Shown: one piece after another, positions 29,501-36,831 of the stretch
Position numbering within the stretch: position 1 is the first letter of the stretch
How the letters are laid out: every line of letters starts with the position of its first letter
Assembly (NCBI GenBank): GCA_016711605.1
Contig: JADJSS010000009.1
Coordinates: forward strand, 22,386-86,385
DNA from: Saprospirales bacterium
GTDB lineage: Bacteria > Bacteroidota > Bacteroidia > Chitinophagales > JADIYW01
DNA length: 64,000 nt
Direction: 5' to 3'
Notes under the pieces: generated by a model
What the model saw: only the letters and a program-made list of their open reading frames with translations
Databases searched by the model: none
Told to the model about the DNA's origin: nothing
Program-made: the position numbers and the translations under genes

Positions 29501-30165
29501 ACTCGCATGTAAAAGCAATTGCCGCAATAGAATCAGGAAAATTTAAAGATGAAATTGTACCTGTAACAGTGGAAGAAGTTTATTTGAAAGACAATAAAAG
29601 AAAAGTTCGTTCTACTATAGTGGATACAGATGAAGGTGCGCGTAAAGACACAACTGTAGAAGGCCTTGCAGCATTAAAAGCAGTATTTGCAGCAAAAGGT
29701 TCTGTAACTGCAGGTAACTCATCTCAAACATCTGATGGCGCAGCATTTGTGTTAGTGATGTCAGAAAAAATGGTAAAAGAACTAAACATCGAACCAATCG
29801 CAAGATTAGTAACAAGTGCAGTTGTTGGTTGCGAGCCACGCATCATGGGTATTGGTCCTGTAGTAGCAATACCACGTGCATTACAATTAGCAGGTTTAAA
29901 AATCGAAGACATTGAAATGATTGAATTAAACGAAGCATTTGCTGCACAATCATTAGCAGTAATTCGCACATTGGGTTTAAATCAGGATATCATTAATCCA
30001 AACGGTGGTGCCATTGCATTAGGTCATCCACTAGGTTGTTCAGGTGCAAAATTATCTGTACAATTAATTAATGAAATGCGTCGTCAAAACAAACGCTACG
30101 GTATGGTGTCAGCTTGTATAGGTGGTGGACAAGGTATCGCAGGAATTATAGAAAGACTTAAATAG
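26566..30165 (+). CDS. Fused 3-hydroxyacyl-CoA dehydrogenase / enoyl-CoA hydratase / acetyl-CoA C-acyltransferase (FadB-like plus FadA-like in one ORF)
   Basis: Residues 1-798 hold an NAD Rossmann fold (VAVLGSGVMGSGIA) and a crotonase-like region, ending TGKPLRN. A 9-aa linker, NSKSKIQNT, follows (28960-28986). Residues 808-1199 are a complete thiolase starting MQEAYIVAGYRSAIGKA, with NRYCASGL, GNSSQTSDGAA and CIGGGQG. The ORF track shows no in-frame stop between the parts. Confidence 0.85.
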   Translation: METTTTQPTRAIRKVAVLGSGVMGSGIALHFANIGVEVLLLDIVPFDLKEEEKANPKMRNKIVNDAFAFALKSKPAQAYNPESAKKVTLGNFDDDMPKIKDCDWIIEVVIERLDIKKQVFEKVDNLRKKGSLVTSNTSGIPIHLMAEGRSEDFQQNFCGTHFFNPPRYMRLLEIIPTATTSQSVIDFLMHYGDVFLGKETVLCKDTPAFIANRVGVYAMAKIFQLTQELGLTIEEVDKLTGSAIGRPNTGTFKLSDLVGNDTGTKVMLGIKENCPNDEQASAFDVPKYVQFLLDNKFFGNKTKKGYYYKDEKRNSFSLRLDTLVYEPTGKPKFPSLDASNKSENLAGKVNAFINADDKGAQLVKRSLSGLFAYVSNRVPEISDVLYAVDDALRAGFAWDIGPFQYWDIVGIEKGIELAKADGLSIGTWVTEMLAAGNTTFYKVENGVKKYYDQQSKSYKAIPGAESFIILDNLRSNKPVWKNSGGTLHDIGDGVLNLEFTSKMNSLGGDVLAAINKSIEIAEGGYKGLVIGNDATNFSVGANLMMISMLAMDQEYDELDMAVRQFQQTTMRCRYSAIPVVSAPHGMTLGGGCEVTMHSNAVVAAAETYIGLVEVGVGLIPAGGGTKELTLRTSDSFKNGDPMLQTLQDNFLSIAMAKVATSAAEAIDLNLMRKGVDRVVVNGKRVIAEAKREVLELSAKGYTQTAHRNDITVLGRTGLGTLTVGVESFVAGGYISAHDAVIAKKVAYVMCGGDLSAPTQVNEQYLLDLEREAFLSLCGEKKTLERIQAMLTTGKPLRNNSKSKIQNTMQEAYIVAGYRSAIGKAKKGGFRFYRPDDLGADVVKHLVASVPQLDPSRIDDLICGNAIPEAEQGMQIGRMIVLRAGLPLSIGGVTVNRYCASGLETIAMATAKIKAGMADCIIAGGVESMSLLPMTGWRTVLNYGIASTTPDYYSSMGLTAEAVATQYGISRLDQDTFAYNSHVKAIAAIESGKFKDEIVPVTVEEVYLKDNKRKVRSTIVDTDEGARKDTTVEGLAALKAVFAAKGSVTAGNSSQTSDGAAFVLVMSEKMVKELNIEPIARLVTSAVVGCEPRIMGIGPVVAIPRALQLAGLKIEDIEMIELNEAFAAQSLAVIRTLGLNQDIINPNGGAIALGHPLGCSGAKLSVQLINEMRRQNKRYGMVSACIGGGQGIAGIIERLK
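28960..28986 (+). repeat. Spacer-like phased tract (TTCAAAA TCTAAAA TTCAAAA TACA) translated as the FadB-FadA linker
   Basis: It has the same A/C/T-only heptad style as the leader tracts at 30211-30260 and 47092-47119, and it ends at the thiolase ATG (28987). Confidence 0.6.
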
Positions 30166-30172
30166 AATTATA

Positions 30173-30260
30173 GAGATGAGATCTGAGATGATGAAATAAA
30201 AAGATAATTATCTCTCATCTCTTTTCTCATTTCTCAAATCTAAAATCTAAACATCTCAAC
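30173..30260 (+). repeat. Phased-heptad hairpin between fadBA and the acyl-CoA dehydrogenase gene
   Basis: GAGATGA GATCTGA GATGATG (30173-30193) is followed by an A-rich loop. Then TCTCTCA TCTCTTT TCTCATT TCTCAAA TCTAAAA TCTAAAC ATCTCAAC (30211-30260) abuts the ATG at 30261. CTCATCTC and GAGATGAG give a perfect 8-bp core. Confidence 0.75.
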
Positions 30261-32039
30261 ATGGAAAAAATATTAGCACTTAAAGGTGGAGAATTTATTA
30301 TCAAAGATTCAACTACCGAAATGGTTTTCACGCCAGAAGACTATACCGAAGAACAACTCATGGTTCGCGCAATGGCATCTGATTTTATTGAGAAAGAAGT
30401 AATGCCACGCTGGAAAGAAATTGAAAAGCAAGAACCCAACGTAACTACCGATTTGCTGAGAAAAGCAGGTGAATTAGGTTTGCTTTCTACACCTATTCCA
30501 GAAGAATACGGTGGAATGCAACAAGATGTAATTACAGGTTGCATTTTAGCAGAAGAATATGGCAGAACAGGTTCTTTTGCTACCACAGTAATTTGCCATA
30601 TTGGTATAGGAACGTTACCAACTTTATATTTCGGTACGGAAGAACAAAAACAAAAGTATTTACCAAAATTAGGCAGTGGCGAATGGCCTGCGTCATATTG
30701 TCTTACGGAGCCAAGTTCTGGCTCAGATGCATTAGGAGCAAAAACAACAGCTACACTTTCTGAAGATGGAAAATCATGGATTCTGAACGGACAAAAAATG
30801 TGGATCACAAACGCAGGTTTTGCTGAATTATTTACGGTGTTCGCAAAAATTGATGGTAAAGAATTTACTGCATTTTATGTAGAAAAAGGAACGCCTGGTT
30901 TAACGTTGGGTGCCGAAGAAGATAAAATGGGTATCAAAGGTTCTTCTACAAGACAAGTGTTTTTTGAGAATTGTAAAATACCTGTAGAAAACATGTTAGG
31001 CGAACGTGGCAAAGGCCATTTAATTGCGTTTAATATTTTAAATATTGGTCGTTATAAATTAGCAGCAACTGCACTTGGTGGTGCTCGTGAAGCATTTAAT
31101 ATGGCTGTAAAATATGCTAATGAAAGAACACAATTTGGAAAATCGTTAGATACATTTGGTGCTATTCAATTTAAGATTGCAGAAATGGCAATCAAATTAT
31201 TTGCATTAGAAGTAGCAACTTACCGATGTGCAGAAGACATCGAAAACACGGAACATATTTTAAAAGAGCAAGGGTTGGATTTTGCGAAATCATTATTAGG
31301 TGGCGCAGAAGAGTTTGCAATTGAATGTTCAATTGTAAAAGTATATGGCTCTGAAGTGCTGGATTATATAGTAGATGAAAACGTACAGATTCACGGCGGA
31401 ATGGGTTACTCAGAAGAAACCAGTGCTGCGCGTGCATACAGAGATTCTCGTATTGCGCGTATCTACGAAGGCACGAGCGAAATCAATCGCTTGTTATCTA
31501 TCGATATGTTGTTGAAACGTGCAATGTCTGGCAAAATCGATTTGATGACTCCAGGCATGGCTATTCAAAAAGAATTGATGTCTGTTCCAGACTTTTCAGA
31601 CGATAGCGACTCTCAATTTGCAGCTGAAGAACGCGCAATGAAGAATGCGAAGAAGGCATTCTTGTTAGTAGCTGGTGGTGCTGTTCAAAAACTAATGGCA
31701 AAAATGAAAGACGAGCAGGAAATTATTATGAATGCGTCTGACATGTTGATCGATGTGTATGTAATGGAATCCTTATTGTTACGTGTGAAAAAGATCTATG
31801 AAAAAGGTGAAAAAAATGATCAGGTGTATATCGATATTTTAAAAGTATTTTTCAATGATGCATTAAATCGTATCAATACAAAAGGAAAAGATGCATTGCA
31901 ATCTTTTGCAGAAGGTGATGAATTGCGCATTATGCTGATGGGTTTGAAACGTTTTACAAAATACGAACCCGTAAATGTAAAAGAAGCACGCAGAAGAATT
32001 GCTGCAAAAGTTATTGAAGGTGGAAAATATAATTTGTAA
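30261..32039 (+). CDS. Acyl-CoA dehydrogenase (long form with C-terminal extension)
   Basis: 592 aa. It has ACAD blocks (CLTEPSSGSDA, WITNAG, YRDSRIARIYEGTSEINR). Confidence 0.9.
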   Translation: MEKILALKGGEFIIKDSTTEMVFTPEDYTEEQLMVRAMASDFIEKEVMPRWKEIEKQEPNVTTDLLRKAGELGLLSTPIPEEYGGMQQDVITGCILAEEYGRTGSFATTVICHIGIGTLPTLYFGTEEQKQKYLPKLGSGEWPASYCLTEPSSGSDALGAKTTATLSEDGKSWILNGQKMWITNAGFAELFTVFAKIDGKEFTAFYVEKGTPGLTLGAEEDKMGIKGSSTRQVFFENCKIPVENMLGERGKGHLIAFNILNIGRYKLAATALGGAREAFNMAVKYANERTQFGKSLDTFGAIQFKIAEMAIKLFALEVATYRCAEDIENTEHILKEQGLDFAKSLLGGAEEFAIECSIVKVYGSEVLDYIVDENVQIHGGMGYSEETSAARAYRDSRIARIYEGTSEINRLLSIDMLLKRAMSGKIDLMTPGMAIQKELMSVPDFSDDSDSQFAAEERAMKNAKKAFLLVAGGAVQKLMAKMKDEQEIIMNASDMLIDVYVMESLLLRVKKIYEKGEKNDQVYIDILKVFFNDALNRINTKGKDALQSFAEGDELRIMLMGLKRFTKYEPVNVKEARRRIAAKVIEGGKYNL

Positions 32040-32078
32040 AATACTCGTATCACGCTATTCGTGGCAAGATGTAATAAA

Positions 32079-32110
32079 AGCTGGAAAGGTTAAAATCTTT
32101 CCAGCTTTTT
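32079..32110 (+). terminator. Rho-independent terminator after the beta-oxidation operon
   Basis: AGCTGGAAAG GTTAAAAT CTTTCCAGCT followed by TTTT. Confidence 0.8.
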
Positions 32111-32187
32111 AATTAATAATGTTTTTTATAACTGATGATTAACAAAATACAACAATCTAAAAAAAACATTCATGTTATTTTTAACGA

Positions 32188-33027
32188 ATGAAAAAAATAG
32201 CAAAAAATAGTTTTCTATTTTTATTAATTAGTATACCAATTTATCTATTTGGATGCTGGTTTTTAGCAAGATTATTAATTCAATCGTACAACGAACCTGT
32301 GATTTATCAGAATTATTTTCCGAAAGAGAAAGTGCAGAATTGGAATTTAATTACTCAAGATAATCAGAAAATCTCTGCGTGGTTTATTAAAAAAGATACT
32401 TCAAAGGTGATTGTTTTATTGGCTGGAAAAGGTGGCAACAGATTAAGCATGATGGAGAAAGCTAAATTTTATTTAGATAAAAATTATTCAGTGGTGATGC
32501 CAGATTTACGTGGCACAGGAAACAGCAAAGCAGACTTTGTAACCATTGGCTATAATGAACGTTTTGATTTATTAGCATGTATTGATACCTTACAAAAATT
32601 GCATTATACAAAAATCGGCGCACAAGGTCATTCGCTTGGAGCAGCAACCATTGCTTATAGTTTCAAGGATTTTTCAGATTATAGCTTTGTTGTTTTAGAA
32701 TCTTGTTATGATAATATTGACCATGCATTTAAACATAGAATGCAACGGATGCATTTGCCAGCTTGGTTGATGTTTCCTGTGAAAAAATTTGCAGAAATGC
32801 GCTTAGGAATTTCATCACAAGAATTATATCCAGAAAATTATATGGCTAAAATAAATTGTCCAGCATTGTTTTTATGTGGTGATAATGAATGGCAAAATCC
32901 AATTGCAGAAAGTAAAAAATTGTATGACAATTGTTCATCATCAAAGAAATATTTTCACATCTTTAAAGGTGCAGCACATCAGGATTTTTTAAATTATTCA
33001 GCAACTGAATACAAAAAAATGAATTAA
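32188..33027 (+). CDS. Alpha/beta hydrolase with an N-terminal membrane anchor
   Basis: 279 aa. It has nucleophile elbow GHSLGA, and a TM segment FLFLLISIPIYLFGCWFLA. Confidence 0.7.
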   Translation: MKKIAKNSFLFLLISIPIYLFGCWFLARLLIQSYNEPVIYQNYFPKEKVQNWNLITQDNQKISAWFIKKDTSKVIVLLAGKGGNRLSMMEKAKFYLDKNYSVVMPDLRGTGNSKADFVTIGYNERFDLLACIDTLQKLHYTKIGAQGHSLGAATIAYSFKDFSDYSFVVLESCYDNIDHAFKHRMQRMHLPAWLMFPVKKFAEMRLGISSQELYPENYMAKINCPALFLCGDNEWQNPIAESKKLYDNCSSSKKYFHIFKGAAHQDFLNYSATEYKKMN

Positions 33028-33817
33028 ATAAGATAGTAGAATAATTTACGCAATGGTAGCTTTGCTTTTTTTCTAAAGAATCTAAGAATTCTTTTTTCTT
33101 GCGTTTTGAAATTTCAACTTTGCTGCCATCTGTCATTAAACAAAAGTTATCACCATGGTCAATTTCTTTCATGTGCGCCAAATTAATTAAATGCGACTGA
33201 TGGATGCGCAAGAAATTATACGGCAACAATTTATCTTCAAAATTTTTAAGTGTTTTTGACACCAACACTTTCTTTTGATTAATTAAAAAAAACAAGGTAT
33301 AATTACTTTCTGATTGTAAACGAATAATTTCATTTACTTTTAAAAAGATAACGCCATCTTTTGTAGGTACCATTAGTTTAGAATCCTGCTGCTGTTCCGA
33401 TTTTATTTTATCTAAATAACCTTGCACTTGTGCAGCTTGTTTCAGCGAATCTTTTTCTTCTAATCGCTTAGCAACTTTCTCAATAGCTTTTTTTAATTCA
33501 GTTTCTTTAATAGGTTTTAGCAAGTAATCTGCTGCATTATTTTTGATGGCACTAATCGCATATTTATCATGCGATGTGGTAAAAATAATTTCAAAATCCG
33601 TATTTTCTAATTCATTTAATAAATCAACACCTTTGCCATCTGCTAATTCAACATCTAGAAAAATAAGTTGAGGTTTTACCGTTGGTAAAACTTTCTTTGC
33701 CTCTCTTTTAGAATTACAAACACCATCAATTCTAATATTCAAACCAGTTTGAATGATAGCTTTTTTTAGTATTTCCTGAAAGATTGGCTCGTCTTCTATA
33801 ATCACTGAGCTAATCAT
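32963..33817 (-). CDS. LytTR-family response regulator with an atypical ~34-aa C-terminal extension
   Basis: 284 aa with a receiver domain (IIFLDVELADG) and a LytTR domain (LRIHQSHLINLAHM). The tail after FLDSLEKK overlaps the convergent hydrolase gene by 65 nt. An A7 run (T7 at 33066-33072) sits exactly where paralogues end. Confidence 0.8.
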   Translation of the reverse strand: MISSVIIEDEPIFQEILKKAIIQTGLNIRIDGVCNSKREAKKVLPTVKPQLIFLDVELADGKGVDLLNELENTDFEIIFTTSHDKYAISAIKNNAADYLLKPIKETELKKAIEKVAKRLEEKDSLKQAAQVQGYLDKIKSEQQQDSKLMVPTKDGVIFLKVNEIIRLQSESNYTLFFLINQKKVLVSKTLKNFEDKLLPYNFLRIHQSHLINLAHMKEIDHGDNFCLMTDGSKVEISKRKKKEFLDSLEKKQSYHCVNYSTILFNSFFCIQLLNNLKNPDVLHL

Positions 33818-33894
33818 AATTAATTGCGTACTCTAAAAATAAACAAATAATGTTTATTTTTAATACCTTTCAGTATATTTATTGTCAACAAAGA

Positions 33895-35964
33895 ATGTCT
33901 ATTAACACCAATAATAATTTAACAGAATTACAAAAAGCTGTTTTTGAGTCAATGTACGAAGAGGCATTCAACTTAAAATCAAAAAAAGAATATGTAAAAG
34001 CAATAGATTCATACATCAAAATAATCCAATTAAAACAAGATGAAGTTGACTGTTTAGAATGCGCAAAATTATACGAAGACGTTGGTGATATTTACTATGA
34101 ATTAAAGGAATACCAACAATCATTTGAATATTTACAAAAAGCAAATACTGTTTATTCTGAGAATAATAAAGTGGATTTGCTATTAGCATCTTATAGAAAA
34201 ATTGGTGGATTACAATTAGGTATTTGGCAATTTAAAAAAGCAATAGATTTATTTCAGGAAGGACTTTCATTATCAACAAGAACTGGCAACATGACTCAAA
34301 TTGTAGAGTTTGAATTATTGCTTGGTAACGCTTACAACTGGCAAGATGATTTTATAAATGCTGAAAGATATTTATTAAGTGCTCTGGAAAAAGAGAAACG
34401 AATTAATACACCATTAATTAGATTAAGAGCAAAAGTAAGCTTTGCCATCTTGTGTAGAAAAATGAAAAAATTTGAGCAAGCTGAAGCATTATTTATTGAA
34501 GGTATGGAATATTCGCGATTGAATAATAATGCATTTCATTTAGACATCACAAAGAGCTATGGAATTATGCAGTTTGATATTGGCAACTATGAAAAAGCAG
34601 AAGAATTATTAAAATCAGCCGAAAAACAATCTCAGGTAGAAGGTTTTGAAACAACGCGTGCCGTTATTTTAGAATATTTATACAAACTCTATTACGCAAA
34701 AAATGATTTTGAAAGAGCATACCTATACAGCGTTAAATTTTATGAACGAAAAATTGAATTATTAGAAAGAGGATTTTCTGATGCTAATAATATTTTACAA
34801 GCAAAAATTGGCTTAGCTGATGCCAAACGCGAACGCATTATTGCAGAAGAATCTGCGAGTGCTAAGAGTTTGTTTATTGCAACCATTAGCCATGAAATTC
34901 GCACACCAATGAATATCATTTTAGGTACAACTTCGTTAATGTTAAACGATAAACCTAAGAAAGAACATGAAAAATATTTAACTACACTAAAACGTTCTGG
35001 TGAAAATTTATTAGGTATCATAAATGATATTTTAGATATTTCGAAAATTGAAGCTGGCAGATTGGAAATAGAAATAGAACCAACAGATTTACACGAAGTG
35101 TTTGATAATATTTTCAATACGATGGAACAACCGGCAAATGACAAACAACTGGCTTTGACGTATAAAATTGATGATAAAATTAACTTCTTAATTCATTCAG
35201 ATCCATTGCGATTGACGCAAATTATTACCAATTTAATTAGCAATTCCACCAAATTTACAGCAAAAGGAAGTATTCATTTTGAAGCAAAATTAAAATCTAA
35301 AAACAAACTCGAAATTATTGTGCGCGACACAGGTATTGGAATTCCAAAAGATAAACTCGCTACTATTTTTGATCAGTATGAACAAGTGCGTACGAAAGTG
35401 CAAAAGAAATATAAAGGAACAGGTTTGGGTTTGGCAATTTCAAAAAAATTAGTGGAAATGCTGAATGGAACCATTCAAATAAAAAGCAAAATAAATGAAG
35501 GCACTTCGTTTGTTATTCAGTTGCCTTTTGAAAAAGCTGCAATGCAAAAAAATGTTGACGAAAGCGTTATCAAAAAAGATACTTCTTTCTTAACCAAGAA
35601 AACAATTTTGATTGTAGATGATTTAGAAGACAATCGTTTTATTTTGAAACAAACGTTATTGTTTTACAATAAAGACCTAACTATTTTAGAAGCAGAAAAT
35701 GGCTTGGTTGCAGTTGATTTTTGCAAGAAAAATAAAATTGATTTAGTCATCATGGATTTGGATATGCCTGAAATGAATGGCTTTGAAGCATTATCTGAAA
35801 TTAGAAAAAACAAAAAAACAAAAAACTTAATTGTTATTGCAAGCACCGCCAGTTTAATTACCAATGGCGATGATGAATTTATTGAATTTGGTTTTGATAC
35901 GTATTTGCCCAAACCATTTGAAATGGAAGATTTGTATAATTTGCTTGTGAAAACGTTAAAATAA
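33895..35964 (+). CDS. Cytoplasmic hybrid sensor histidine kinase (TPR region, HisKA, HATPase_c, receiver)
   Basis: H-box SHEIRTPMN, N/G boxes (RDTGIGIP, GTGLGLAISK) and a C-terminal receiver (ILIVDDLEDNR, DLVIMDLDMPEMNG). There are no TM segments. The start is placed at MSINTNNN (33895); the track start is 33850. Confidence 0.85.
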   Translation: MSINTNNNLTELQKAVFESMYEEAFNLKSKKEYVKAIDSYIKIIQLKQDEVDCLECAKLYEDVGDIYYELKEYQQSFEYLQKANTVYSENNKVDLLLASYRKIGGLQLGIWQFKKAIDLFQEGLSLSTRTGNMTQIVEFELLLGNAYNWQDDFINAERYLLSALEKEKRINTPLIRLRAKVSFAILCRKMKKFEQAEALFIEGMEYSRLNNNAFHLDITKSYGIMQFDIGNYEKAEELLKSAEKQSQVEGFETTRAVILEYLYKLYYAKNDFERAYLYSVKFYERKIELLERGFSDANNILQAKIGLADAKRERIIAEESASAKSLFIATISHEIRTPMNIILGTTSLMLNDKPKKEHEKYLTTLKRSGENLLGIINDILDISKIEAGRLEIEIEPTDLHEVFDNIFNTMEQPANDKQLALTYKIDDKINFLIHSDPLRLTQIITNLISNSTKFTAKGSIHFEAKLKSKNKLEIIVRDTGIGIPKDKLATIFDQYEQVRTKVQKKYKGTGLGLAISKKLVEMLNGTIQIKSKINEGTSFVIQLPFEKAAMQKNVDESVIKKDTSFLTKKTILIVDDLEDNRFILKQTLLFYNKDLTILEAENGLVAVDFCKKNKIDLVIMDLDMPEMNGFEALSEIRKNKKTKNLIVIASTASLITNGDDEFIEFGFDTYLPKPFEMEDLYNLLVKTLK

Positions 35965-35997
35965 AAAAGTGCGAAATATCTATTTCGCACTTTTTTA
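35965..35997. terminator. Bidirectional terminator between convergent genes
   Basis: AGTGCGAAATA TC TATTTCGCACT flanked by an A-run and a T-run. Confidence 0.75.
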
Positions 35998-36013
35998 TTT
36001 TTTATAAGCTCAA

Positions 36014-36502
36014 TTATTTTTGTGCTAATTGCTCCTTATATTTTTTTTCTTTTTTGCTTCCAATAATTGCCAATGAAATTCCTGGCCCAAGCAAAGCAGC
36101 TGTTAAAAATGTGCCGCCAACAGCCATGCCATAGGTTCTAAGAAAACTAGTACCATCGTCTTCATATAAATTTACTCGTCGTCCTAAAACAACGCTACCT
36201 GCAACCGTACCAACTAAAGCTGCACCACCTAGAGAAGCTAAAACAATACCTGCAATTTTCATCTTATGATATTTTTTTACTTTTTGTTCTAAATATGCTT
36301 TGCTTTTTGTTCCTGAACCGTAATTATAATTATTCATTAATGCATTTTCTTTGGTTAAAATGCTCGCACTTGCAGTTTTAAAATTGAAAGAAGTGCTGGT
36401 TTGTGTTGGTTGAAAAAATGTTTGTGAAGTAGCAGTTTGTGCTTGGCTACTAAACAAAGTTGCCATGATTAAGCAAATAGAAAGTACAATTGTTTTGCGC
36501 AT
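36014..36502 (-). CDS. Hypothetical secreted/membrane protein with glycine-zipper helices
   Basis: 162 aa with a signal peptide and two Gly/Ala-rich hydrophobic segments (IAGIVLASLGGAALVGTVAGSVVLG and GMAVGGTFLTAALLGPGISLAIIG). Confidence 0.5.
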   Translation of the reverse strand: MRKTIVLSICLIMATLFSSQAQTATSQTFFQPTQTSTSFNFKTASASILTKENALMNNYNYGSGTKSKAYLEQKVKKYHKMKIAGIVLASLGGAALVGTVAGSVVLGRRVNLYEDDGTSFLRTYGMAVGGTFLTAALLGPGISLAIIGSKKEKKYKEQLAQK

Positions 36503-36831
36503 AATTTTTTAATTTTTGTAAAGATAAAAATGTTTTTAATTTTAACAACAGTATATTTGATTTTACATACATATTATTTTGATGTTATAATAATTTAGAT
36601 TTTAAAACACTAATTCATTAATATAATAAATTTCACAGAAATACATAAACAATATTCAAATATTTACTCCATTGTATAGTTTAATAAAAGCTTTCTTTAC
36701 TACAAGAAATATTGAACAAAAAATGATATTAATCAATTTTTTTATTTTATTTCACTATTTAACTTAATTTTGCAGAGTTAAAATTTTATGTCTGTTTTAG
36801 ATAAATAGACTATAAATAAAAAAGAATTTAT

